Assembly (NCBI GenBank): GCA_016710385.1
Contig: JADJVX010000011.1
Coordinates: forward strand, 136,054-200,053
Origin: Actinomycetales bacterium
GTDB taxonomy: Bacteria; Actinomycetota; Actinomycetes; Actinomycetales; Dermatophilaceae
Reading direction: 5' to 3'
Length of the DNA: 64,000 bases
Within the stretch, counting starts at the first letter, position 1. Each line of letters begins with the position of its first letter. Under the pieces are notes generated by a model. It worked only from the letters and a program-made list of their open reading frames with translations. It made no database searches and was not told the origin of the DNA. Position numbers and translations under genes: made by a program. Of this stretch, positions 40,001 to 48,128 are shown piece by piece.

Positions 40001-43000
40001 CCGGCTTGACCGTGACGGCCGTGGCGTGCACGTCCCTCGCGGGCAATCTCTGCACGACCAACCCGACCATCAGCGCTTTGCAGGGCGCCGGTGTTGCGAT
40101 CGGCACCATGAGCTCGGGGTCCACCTACGAGTTCACCGTGACCGCAACCGTGGACGCGACGTCGGGGACGGTAACGAACACCGCGACGGCGACCACGTCG
40201 ACCCAGGACCCCAACCTGGCCAACAACAGTGCCAGTGACACCGACACGGTGGTCGGCCCGCCGGTCATCAGTGGTCCGGCAGAGGGATCGTTGATCAACG
40301 ACAACACCCCGCTGATCACGGGGACGGGCATCCCGGGTGCCACCGTGACCGTCACCGAGGGTGGGGTCACCCTGTGCACTGCCGTGGCCGCGCCCGATGG
40401 CACGTGGTCGTGCACGTCATCGCAGCTGACCGACGGCCCGCACACCATCTCCGCGACGCAGACGACTGCGGGCGTGACCTCCACCGCCGACACTCAGACT
40501 TTCACGGTGGACACGACCGCTCCGGTGGTGACGGCGACGTCGCCGGCGGTGACGAATGACACGACGCCGACGATTTCGGGGACGACGGATTTGCCGGCGG
40601 GTTCGACGATCACGGTGACTGAGGGTGGTGTGGCGGTGTGTACGGCCACGGTTGCTGCTGATGGGTCGTGGACGTGTGACCCGGTGACGGCGTTGCCGGA
40701 GGGGTCGCACACGTTTACTGCGTCGGGGACGGATGCGGCGGGGAATACGACGACCGCGACGACGACGACGGTGATTGATGTGACGGCTCCGGTGGTGACG
40801 GCGACGTCGCCGGCGGTGACGAATGACACGACGCCGACGATTTCGGGGACGACGGATTTGCCGGCGGGTTCGACGATCACGGTGACTGAGGGTGGTGTGG
40901 CGGTGTGTACGGCCACGGTTGCTGCTGATGGGTCGTGGACGTGTGACCCGGTGACGGCGTTGCCGGAGGGGTCGCACACGTTTACTGCGTCGGGGACGGA
41001 TGCGGCGGGGAATACGACGACCGCGACGACGACGACGGTGATTGATGTGACGGCTCCGGTGGTGACGGCGACGTCGCCGGCGGTGACGAATGACACGACG
41101 CCGACGATTTCGGGGACGACGGATTTGCCGGCGGGTTCGACGATCACGGTGACTGAGGGTGGTGTGGCGGTGTGTACGGCCACGGTTGCTGCTGATGGGT
41201 CGTGGACGTGTGACCCGGTGACGGCGTTGCCGGAGGGGTCGCACACGTTTACTGCGTCGGGGACGGATGCGGCGGGGAATACGACGACCGCGACGACGAC
41301 GACGGTGATTGATGTGACGGCTCCGGTGGTGACGGCGACGTCGCCGGCGGTGACGAATGACACGACGCCGACGATTTCGGGGACGACGGATTTGCCGGCG
41401 GGTTCGACGATCACGGTGACTGAGGGTGGTGTGGCGGTGTGTACGGCCACGGTTGCTGCTGATGGGTCGTGGACGTGTGACCCGGTGACGGCGTTGCCGG
41501 AGGGGTCGCACACGTTTACTGCGTCGGGGACGGATGCGGCGGGGAATACGACGACCGCGACGACGACGACGGTGATTGATGTGACGGCTCCGGTGGTGAC
41601 GGCGACGTCGCCGGCGGTGACGAATGACACGACGCCGACGATTTCGGGGACGACGGATTTGCCGGCGGGTTCGACGATCACGGTGACTGAGGGTGGTGTG
41701 GCGGTGTGTACGGCCACGGTTGCTGCTGATGGGTCGTGGACGTGTGACCCGGTGACGGCGTTGCCGGAGGGGTCGCACACGTTTACTGCGTCGGGGACGG
41801 ATGCGGCGGGGAATACGACGACCGCGACGACGACGACGGTGATTGATGTGACGGCTCCGGTGGTGACGGCGACGTCGCCGGCGGTGACGAATGACACGAC
41901 GCCGACGATTTCGGGGACGACGGATTTGCCGGCGGGTTCGACGATCACGGTGACTGAGGGTGGTGTGGCGGTGTGTACGGCCACGGTTGCTGCTGATGGG
42001 TCGTGGACGTGTGACCCGGTGACGGCGTTGCCGGAGGGGTCGCACACGTTTACTGCGTCGGGGACGGATGCGGCGGGGAATACGACGACCGCGACGACGA
42101 CGACGGTGATTGATGTGACGGCTCCGGTGGTGACGGCGACGTCGCCGGCGGTGACGAATGACACGACGCCGACGATTTCGGGGACGACGGATTTGCCGGC
42201 GGGTTCGACGATCACGGTGACTGAGGGTGGTGTGGCGGTGTGTACGGCCACGGTTGCTGCTGATGGGTCGTGGACGTGTGACCCGGTGACGGCGTTGCCG
42301 GAGGGGTCGCACACGTTTACTGCGTCGGGGACGGATGCGGCGGGGAATACGACGACCGCGACGACGACGACGGTGATTGATGTGACGGCTCCGGTGGTGA
42401 CGGCGACGTCGCCGGCGGTGACGAATGACACGACGCCGACGATTTCGGGGACGACGGATTTGCCGGCGGGTTCGACGATCACGGTGACTGAGGGTGGTGT
42501 GGCGGTGTGTACGGCCACGGTTGCTGCTGATGGGTCGTGGACGTGTGACCCGGTGACGGCGTTGCCGGAGGGGTCGCACACGTTTACTGCGTCGGGGACG
42601 GATGCGGCGGGGAATACGACGACCGCGACGACGACGACGGTGATTGATGTGACGGCTCCGGTGGTGACGGCGACGTCGCCGGCGGTGACGAATGACACGA
42701 CGCCGACGATTTCGGGGACGACGGATTTGCCGGCGGGTTCGACGATCACGGTGACTGAGGGTGGTGTGGCGGTGTGTACGGCCACGGTTGCTGCTGATGG
42801 GTCGTGGACGTGTGACCCGGTGACGGCGTTGCCGGAGGGGTCGCACACGTTTACTGCGTCGGGGACGGATGCGGCGGGGAATACGACGACCGCGACGACG
42901 ACGACGGTGATTGATGTGACGGCTCCGGTGGTGACGGCGACGTCGCCGGCGGTGACGAATGACACGACGCCGACGATTTCGGGGACGACGGATTTGCCGG

Positions 43001-45177
43001 CGGGTTCGACGATCACGGTGACTGAGGGTGGTGTGGCGGTGTGTACGGCCACGGTTGCTGCTGATGGGTCGTGGACGTGTGACCCGGTGACGGCGTTGCC
43101 GGAGGGGTCGCACACGTTTACTGCGTCGGGGACGGATGCGGCGGGGAATACGACGACCGCGACGACGACGACGGTGATTGATGTGACGGCTCCGGTGGTG
43201 ACGGCGACGTCGCCGGCGGTGACGAATGACACGACGCCGACGATTTCGGGGACGACGGATTTGCCGGCGGGTTCGACGATCACGGTGACTGAGGGTGGTG
43301 TGGCGGTGTGTACGGCCACGGTTGCTGCTGATGGGTCGTGGACGTGTGACCCGGTGACGGCGTTGCCGGAGGGGTCGCACACGTTTACTGCGTCGGGGAC
43401 GGATGCGGCGGGGAATACGACGACCGCGACGACGACGACGGTGATTGATGTGACGGCTCCGGTGGTGACGGCGACGTCGCCGGCGGTGACGAATGACACG
43501 ACGCCGACGATTTCGGGGACGACGGATTTGCCGGCGGGTTCGACGATCACGGTGACTGAGGGTGGTGTGGCGGTGTGTACGGCCACGGTTGCTGCTGATG
43601 GGTCGTGGACGTGTGACCCGGTGACGGCGTTGCCGGAGGGGTCGCACACGTTTACTGCGTCGGGGACGGATGCGGCGGGGAATACGACGACCGCGACGAC
43701 GACGACGGTGATTGATGTGACGGCTCCGGTGGTGACGGCGACGTCGCCGGCGGTGACGAATGACACGACGCCGACGATTTCGGGGACGACGGATTTGCCG
43801 GCGGGTTCGACGATCACGGTGACTGAGGGTGGTGTGGCGGTGTGTACGGCCACGGTTGCTGCTGATGGGTCGTGGACGTGTGACCCGGTGACGGCGTTGC
43901 CGGAGGGGTCGCACACGTTTACTGCGTCGGGGACGGATGCGGCGGGGAATACGACGACCGCGACGACGACGACGGTGATTGATGTGACGGCTCCGGTGGT
44001 GACGGCGACGTCGCCGGCGGTGACGAATGACACGACGCCGACGATTTCGGGGACGACGGATTTGCCGGCGGGTTCGACGATCACGGTGACTGAGGGTGGT
44101 GTGGCGGTGTGTACGGCCACGGTTGCTGCTGATGGGTCGTGGACGTGTGACCCGGTGACGGCGTTGCCGGAGGGGTCGCACACGTTTACTGCGTCGGGGA
44201 CGGATGCGGCGGGGAATACGACGACCGCGACGACGACGACGGTGATTGATGTGACGGCTCCGGTGGTGACGGCGACGTCGCCGGCGGTGACGAATGACAC
44301 GACGCCGACGATTTCGGGGACGACGGATTTGCCGGCGGGTTCGACGATCACGGTGACTGAGGGTGGTGTGGCGGTGTGTACGGCCACGGTTGCTGCTGAT
44401 GGGTCGTGGACGTGTGACCCGGTGACGGCGTTGCCGGAGGGGTCGCACACGTTTACTGCGTCGGGGACGGATGCGGCGGGGAATACGACGACCGCGACGA
44501 CGACGACGGTGATTGATGTGACGGCTCCGGTGGTGACGGCGACGTCGCCGGCGGTGACGAATGACACGACGCCGACGATTTCGGGGACGACGGATTTGCC
44601 GGCGGGTTCGACGATCACGGTGACTGAGGGTGGTGTGGCGGTGTGTACGGCCACGGTTGCTGCTGATGGGTCGTGGACGTGTGACCCGGTGACGGCGTTG
44701 CCGGAGGGGTCGCACACGTTTACTGCGTCGGGGACGGATGCGGCGGGGAATACGACGACCGCGACGACGACGACGGTGATTGATGTGACGGCTCCGGTGG
44801 TGTCGTTGGTGATTGATCCGGTGACGGCTGACAACGTGGTGAACGCGGTGGAGGCTGGTGGGCCGGTGTCGGTTACGGGCACGGTCAGTGGTGAGTTCGT
44901 TGCTGGTGACACGGTGACGTTGACGGTGAACGGGACCACGTATACGGGCGTGGTTGATGCGGCTGGGAAGTTCTCGATTCCGGTGCCGGGTGCGGAGTTG
45001 GTGGCTGACCCGGATGTGACGGTGGATGGTTCGGTGTCCACGGTTGATGCGGCGGGTAACCCTGGGTCGGCGTCGGATTCTCAGCTGTATGCGGTGGATG
45101 TGACGGCTCCGGTGGTGCGTGGGGGGGGGGGGGCGGGGGGGGGGGGCGATGGAGCCCGTGGTGTCGTTGGTGATTGA
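37033..45177 (+). CDS. Giant LPXTG surface protein, N-terminal fragment (signal peptide, unknown tip domain, Cna-B/SpaA-like domain, 5 DUF11 repeats, Ig-like repeats)
   Basis: ATG 37033 lies 7 nt after AAAGGA (track ORF 36712.. reads through from nei). TM/signal LTSLVIACVLAFMSIGLPVV. DUF11-type units (DLxVTKTD..TYTVxVTNNGPS..). Then come one Ig-like unit and 16 identical 89-aa units. The last roughly 60 nt (45118-45177) are read-through of a poly-G tract. Confidence 0.8.
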   Translation: MTLTPHFAMAAGARASSAESRPSPQRRLTSLVIACVLAFMSIGLPVVLPPSTGLLPEAAAALTTANCNMGSMGINGATPSTVCWLQTGGWTKPAKGATATTTNLTATVGDFKFTYDVAVFYHANSSTQAGSAAGPTWASAAFGSASYGPSATTPTSYIYVTNTALGIVEAMTMRVSNVRVINTATNAVVPYGTWKLVFADAESTNSNSATTPNESIKFTASNAISNFAAGLTTDYMKGGGTTGTTLACPMPTWGGTTVTCTATSNNNGVIIGSTTPTSAADWGQIGVNTLNSKQAAAFGFSISSVQLKKSVASRVLPTDDFKVTIADSAGTTVGSASTGTTTSADTTAYAVVPGTYTLSETANSGSLSEYTQAWSCVDNAGFAAPAAPSGTSGTVTVQQGSAIVCTVTNTRKPVDLRLTKSSPAPALSPGVASAYTLNVTNNGGSTATNAVIVDQLPANIAYTSSSGTDWSCSASGTVAAGQLVTCTYTGLIAPSAAAPALTITVTPADAAGGTTVTNKAAVTPTGGTTAPTAAVVQACTGSATPTTGCATSTSTVATKADIAVTKSDSTGSVDAGGTTTYTVTVTNNGPNAVSNVVVTDPAVSGLTKTTIACGAGCTTAPTKTQLEGAGYTISSLASGASFTFTVGVTVTATSGTVANAATATPPAGTIDAAGNNAATDTNTVTPVSDLAVTKTDNATTVDAGATTTYTVQVTNNGPSAVTGAILTDPAATGLTKTAVACGTGCATAPSIADLETGYALPTLASGASYAVQVTVHVDATSGSVTNVATVAPPAGTLDKVVTNDSAADTDTVAPVADVSVTKDDGVTQVNKNESHTYTITVHNAGPSTATGFVLTDPAATGLTKTAVACVTGCATAPTIAQLEGAGYVIPDLASGSDFVITVTATVTQSQGSVTNTAVATAPAGVKDPDTANNTGSDTDNLVPLADLTVTKTDGVAGAKPGDTVTYTVTVSNPSGLSTAANVVITDPAVAGLTVTAVACTSLAGNLCTTNPTISALQGAGVAIGTMSSGSTYEFTVTATVDATSGTVTNTATATTSTQDPNLANNSASDTDTVVGPPVISGPAEGSLINDNTPLITGTGIPGATVTVTEGGVTLCTAVAAPDGTWSCTSSQLTDGPHTISATQTTAGVTSTADTQTFTVDTTAPVVTATSPAVTNDTTPTISGTTDLPAGSTITVTEGGVAVCTATVAADGSWTCDPVTALPEGSHTFTASGTDAAGNTTTATTTTVIDVTAPVVTATSPAVTNDTTPTISGTTDLPAGSTITVTEGGVAVCTATVAADGSWTCDPVTALPEGSHTFTASGTDAAGNTTTATTTTVIDVTAPVVTATSPAVTNDTTPTISGTTDLPAGSTITVTEGGVAVCTATVAADGSWTCDPVTALPEGSHTFTASGTDAAGNTTTATTTTVIDVTAPVVTATSPAVTNDTTPTISGTTDLPAGSTITVTEGGVAVCTATVAADGSWTCDPVTALPEGSHTFTASGTDAAGNTTTATTTTVIDVTAPVVTATSPAVTNDTTPTISGTTDLPAGSTITVTEGGVAVCTATVAADGSWTCDPVTALPEGSHTFTASGTDAAGNTTTATTTTVIDVTAPVVTATSPAVTNDTTPTISGTTDLPAGSTITVTEGGVAVCTATVAADGSWTCDPVTALPEGSHTFTASGTDAAGNTTTATTTTVIDVTAPVVTATSPAVTNDTTPTISGTTDLPAGSTITVTEGGVAVCTATVAADGSWTCDPVTALPEGSHTFTASGTDAAGNTTTATTTTVIDVTAPVVTATSPAVTNDTTPTISGTTDLPAGSTITVTEGGVAVCTATVAADGSWTCDPVTALPEGSHTFTASGTDAAGNTTTATTTTVIDVTAPVVTATSPAVTNDTTPTISGTTDLPAGSTITVTEGGVAVCTATVAADGSWTCDPVTALPEGSHTFTASGTDAAGNTTTATTTTVIDVTAPVVTATSPAVTNDTTPTISGTTDLPAGSTITVTEGGVAVCTATVAADGSWTCDPVTALPEGSHTFTASGTDAAGNTTTATTTTVIDVTAPVVTATSPAVTNDTTPTISGTTDLPAGSTITVTEGGVAVCTATVAADGSWTCDPVTALPEGSHTFTASGTDAAGNTTTATTTTVIDVTAPVVTATSPAVTNDTTPTISGTTDLPAGSTITVTEGGVAVCTATVAADGSWTCDPVTALPEGSHTFTASGTDAAGNTTTATTTTVIDVTAPVVTATSPAVTNDTTPTISGTTDLPAGSTITVTEGGVAVCTATVAADGSWTCDPVTALPEGSHTFTASGTDAAGNTTTATTTTVIDVTAPVVTATSPAVTNDTTPTISGTTDLPAGSTITVTEGGVAVCTATVAADGSWTCDPVTALPEGSHTFTASGTDAAGNTTTATTTTVIDVTAPVVTATSPAVTNDTTPTISGTTDLPAGSTITVTEGGVAVCTATVAADGSWTCDPVTALPEGSHTFTASGTDAAGNTTTATTTTVIDVTAPVVTATSPAVTNDTTPTISGTTDLPAGSTITVTEGGVAVCTATVAADGSWTCDPVTALPEGSHTFTASGTDAAGNTTTATTTTVIDVTAPVVSLVIDPVTADNVVNAVEAGGPVSVTGTVSGEFVAGDTVTLTVNGTTYTGVVDAAGKFSIPVPGAELVADPDVTVDGSVSTVDAAGNPGSASDSQLYAVDVTAPVVRGGGGAGGGGDGARGVVGD
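40519..44790 (+). repeat. Tandem array: 16 x 267 bp (89 aa Ig-like unit), apparently 100% identical
   Basis: The period was measured between GCTCCGGTGGTG anchors (40519, 40786 ... 44791). (44791-40519)/267 = 16.0. Copy-to-copy translations are identical in three different frames of the supplied track. Confidence 0.9.
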
Positions 45178-47322
45178 TCCGGTGACGGCTGACAACGTGG
45201 TGAACGCGGTGAGGCTGGTGGGCCGGTGTCGGTTACGGGCACGGTCAGTGGTGAGTTTCGTTGCTGGTGACACGGTGACGTTGACGGTGAACGGGACCAC
45301 GTATACGGGCGTGGTTGATGCGGCTGGGAAGTTCTCGATTCCGGTGCGGGTGCGGGTTGGTGGCTGAGATGTGCGGTGGCGGGGAACCCTGGGTCGGCGT
45401 CGGATTCTCAGCTGTATGCGGTGGATGTGACGGCTCCGGTGGTGTCGTTGGTGATTGATCCGGTGACGGCTGACAACGTGGTGAACGCGGTGGAGGCTGG
45501 TGGGCCGGTGTCGGTTACGGGCACGGTCAGTGGTGAGTTCGTTGCTGGTGACACGGTGACGTTGACGGTGAACGGGAACACGTATACGGGCGTGGTTGAT
45601 GCGGCTGGGAAGTTCTCGATTCCGGTGCCGGGTGCGGAGTTGGTGGCTGACCCGGATGTGACGGTGGATGGTTCGGTGTCCACGGTTGATGCGGCGGGTA
45701 ACCCTGGGTCGGCGTCGGATTCTCAGCTGTATGCGGTGGATGTGACGGCTCCGGTGGTGTCGTTGGTGATTGATCCGGTGACGGCTGACAACGTGGTGAA
45801 CGCGGTGGAGGCTGGTGGGCCGGTGTCGGTTACGGGCACGGTCAGTGGTGAGTTTGTTGCTGGTGACACGGTGACGTTGACGGTGAACGGGAACACGTAT
45901 ACGGGCGTGGTTGATGCGGCTGGGAAGTTCTCGATTCCGGTGCCGGGTGCGGAGTTGGTGGCTGACCCGGATGTGACGGTGGATGGTTCGGTGTCCACGG
46001 TTGATGCGGCGGGTAACCCTGGGTCGGCGTCGGATTCTCAGCTGTATGCGGTGGATGTGACGGCTCCGGTGGTGTCGTTGGTGATTGATCCGGTGACGGC
46101 TGACAACGTGGTGAACGCGGTGGAGGCTGGTGGGCCGGTGTCGGTTACGGGCACGGTCAGTGGTGAGTTCGTTGCTGGTGACACGGTGACGTTGACGGTG
46201 AACGGGACCACGTATACGGGCGTGGTTGATGCGGCTGGGAAGTTCTCGATTCCGGTGCCGGGTGCGGAGTTGGTGGCTGACCCGGATGTGACGGTGGATG
46301 GTTCGGTGTCCACGGTTGATGCGGCGGGTAACCCTGGGTCGGCGTCGGATTCTCAGCCGTACACGGTGGATGTGACGGCTCCGGTGGTGTCGTTGGTGAT
46401 TGATCCGGTGACGGCTGACAACGTGGTGAACGCGGTGGAGGCTGGTGGGCCGGTGTTGGTTACGGGCACGGTCAGTGGTGAGTTTGTTGCTGGTGACACG
46501 GTGACGTTGACGGTGAACGGGACCACGTATACGGGCGTGGTTGATGCGGCTGGGAAGTTCTCGATTCCGGTGCCGGGTGCGGAGTTGGTGGCTGACCCGG
46601 ATGTGACGGTGGATGGTTCGGTGTCCACGGTTGATGCGGCGGGTAACCCTGGGTCGGCGTCGGATTCTCAGCCGTATGCGGTGGATGTGACGGCTCCGGT
46701 GGTGTCGTTGGTGATTGATCCGGTGACGGCTGACAACGTGGTGAACGCGGTGGAGGCTGGTGGGCCGGTGTCGGTTACGGGCACGGTCAGTGGTGAGTTC
46801 GTTGCTGGTGACACGGTGACGTTGACGGTGAACGGGACCACGTATACGGGCGTGGTTGATGCGGCTGGGAAGTTCTCGATTCCGGTGCCGGGTGCGGAGT
46901 TGGTGGCTGACCCGGATGTGACGGTGGATGGTTCGGTGTCCACGGTTGATGCGGCGGGTAACCCTGGGTCGGCGTCGGATTCTCAGCCGTACACGGTGGA
47001 TGTGACGGCTCCGGTGGTGTCGTTGGTGATTGATCCGGTGACGGCTGACAACGTGGTGAACGCGGTGGAGGCTGGTGGGCCGGTGTCGGTTACGGGCACG
47101 GTCAGTGGTGAGTTCGTTGCTGGTGACACGGTGACGTTGACGGTGAACGGGACCACGTATACGGGCGTGGTTGATGCGGCTGGGAAGTTCTCGATTCCGG
47201 TGCCGGGTGCGGAGTTGGTGGCTGACCCGGATGTGACGGTGGATGGTTCGGTGTCCACGGTTGATGCGGCGGGTAACCCTGGGTCGGCGTCGGATTCTCA
47301 GCCGTACACGGTGGACGCGGGC
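44791..47322 (+). repeat. Tandem array: 8 x 315 bp (105 aa Ig-like unit), near-identical, second copy degraded
   Basis: Unit starts are 44791, 45106 (degraded, 327 bp), 45433, 45748, 46063, 46378, 46693 and 47008. A few substitutions separate copies (N/T, L/P, A/T, S/L, and synonymous TTC/TTT). Confidence 0.85.
45121..45146. other. G13-C-G12 low-complexity tract at a degraded repeat junction (probable assembly/basecalling artefact)
   Basis: Read directly: 13 G, one C, 12 G. It is followed by a repeat copy carrying several 1-nt indels and a truncated 3-prime end (to about 45432). Confidence 0.7.
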
Positions 47323-48048
47323 GTCACGCCCCCGGTGATCACGGGGCCAGTGGACGGGTCGTCGACGACGAACACCACGCCGCCGATCAGCGGCACCGGT
47401 GAGCCCGGCGCCACGGTCACGGTCACCGAGAATGGGCAGCCGATCTGCACCGCCATGGTCGCGCAGGACGGCACCTGGTCCTGCACCCCGACGGCCCCCT
47501 TGGCCGGTGGGACGCACACCTTCCAGGCGACGCAGACCGATCTAGCGGGCAACGTCTCCGCGAGGTCGAATGTTGTCTCGGTGTCGATCATCACCGCCGT
47601 CATCGAAGGTCACGTGTTCCTTGACGGCAACGCGAACACCACCCTGGACGGGGGTGAGGCGGACATCGCGAAGGTCACCGTCGAGTTGGTTAAAGACGGC
47701 GTCGTCGTCGCCACCCAGGTGACGGCCAGCCCGTACCGGTTCACCGGGGTCGCTGACGGCACCTACACGATCCGCGTCGTGAACGGCCCGGCCCTGGCTG
47801 GCCTGACCGCGACGACCGAGCCTGACGCCCTCAAGACGGTGACCATGGTCAACCAGGTGTCGATCTACGAGCAGAACTTCGGCTATGTCCCCGCGGCACT
47901 GCCGAAAACGGGGTCTGACGTGGCCCCGGTGCTGTTCAGTGGGCTCGGCCTGGTGACCCTTGGGTTCGTGGCCCTGCTGGCGGTCCGCCGCCGTCACGAG
48001 GATGACGAAGAGGTCGTGGCCCGTGTCGGCGCTGACGAGATGAACTGA
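45376..48048 (+). CDS. Giant LPXTG surface protein, C-terminal fragment (Ig-like repeats, SdrD-B/Cna-B-like domain, sortase signal)
   Basis: The open frame resumes inside the degraded copy. It ends with LPKTGSDVAPVLFSGLGLVTLGFVALLAVRRRHEDD (LPXTG, TM helix, basic tail). It is very probably one gene with 37033..45177. Confidence 0.8.
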   Translation: MAGNPGSASDSQLYAVDVTAPVVSLVIDPVTADNVVNAVEAGGPVSVTGTVSGEFVAGDTVTLTVNGNTYTGVVDAAGKFSIPVPGAELVADPDVTVDGSVSTVDAAGNPGSASDSQLYAVDVTAPVVSLVIDPVTADNVVNAVEAGGPVSVTGTVSGEFVAGDTVTLTVNGNTYTGVVDAAGKFSIPVPGAELVADPDVTVDGSVSTVDAAGNPGSASDSQLYAVDVTAPVVSLVIDPVTADNVVNAVEAGGPVSVTGTVSGEFVAGDTVTLTVNGTTYTGVVDAAGKFSIPVPGAELVADPDVTVDGSVSTVDAAGNPGSASDSQPYTVDVTAPVVSLVIDPVTADNVVNAVEAGGPVLVTGTVSGEFVAGDTVTLTVNGTTYTGVVDAAGKFSIPVPGAELVADPDVTVDGSVSTVDAAGNPGSASDSQPYAVDVTAPVVSLVIDPVTADNVVNAVEAGGPVSVTGTVSGEFVAGDTVTLTVNGTTYTGVVDAAGKFSIPVPGAELVADPDVTVDGSVSTVDAAGNPGSASDSQPYTVDVTAPVVSLVIDPVTADNVVNAVEAGGPVSVTGTVSGEFVAGDTVTLTVNGTTYTGVVDAAGKFSIPVPGAELVADPDVTVDGSVSTVDAAGNPGSASDSQPYTVDAGVTPPVITGPVDGSSTTNTTPPISGTGEPGATVTVTENGQPICTAMVAQDGTWSCTPTAPLAGGTHTFQATQTDLAGNVSARSNVVSVSIITAVIEGHVFLDGNANTTLDGGEADIAKVTVELVKDGVVVATQVTASPYRFTGVADGTYTIRVVNGPALAGLTATTEPDALKTVTMVNQVSIYEQNFGYVPAALPKTGSDVAPVLFSGLGLVTLGFVALLAVRRRHEDDEEVVARVGADEMN

Positions 48049-48063
48049 CGGCGCAAGGCACGT

Positions 48064-48103
48064 CGAGGGCGTGGAACCACCCGGTTCCGCGCCCTCGGCG
48101 TTT
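48064..48103 (+). terminator. Rho-independent-type terminator after the surface protein gene
   Basis: CGAGGGCGTGGAACC (48064-48078), loop ACCC, then GGTTCCGCGCCCTCG (48083-48097). There is one mismatch, and GCGTTTCC follows. Confidence 0.6.
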
Positions 48104-48128
48104 CCGTGCCCGGCAGACAAGATCCGAT

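Noticed and set aside
45121-45146. G13-C-G12 as a functional G-quadruplex or phase-variation tract
   Set aside because: It is flanked by a repeat copy full of indels and a scrambled end, which fits a read-quality or assembly artefact better than a selected element. It cannot be excluded without the reads.
40519-47322. Regular perfect repeats considered as a possible CRISPR array
   Set aside because: The units are 267 and 315 bp, directly abutting, with no unique spacers. They lie in frame inside a protein-coding gene. No cas genes are present.
40417-47517. 2,366-aa and 1,515-aa ORFs (40494..45041) on the minus strand across the repeat arrays, plus the six 91-aa minus-strand ORFs at 45408-47258
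   Set aside because: They are exactly antisense to the surface-protein repeats and translate to Arg/His or Val/Thr low-complexity strings. They are open only because the coding strand is G-rich and C-poor, so antisense stop codons are rare. They have no independent start context.
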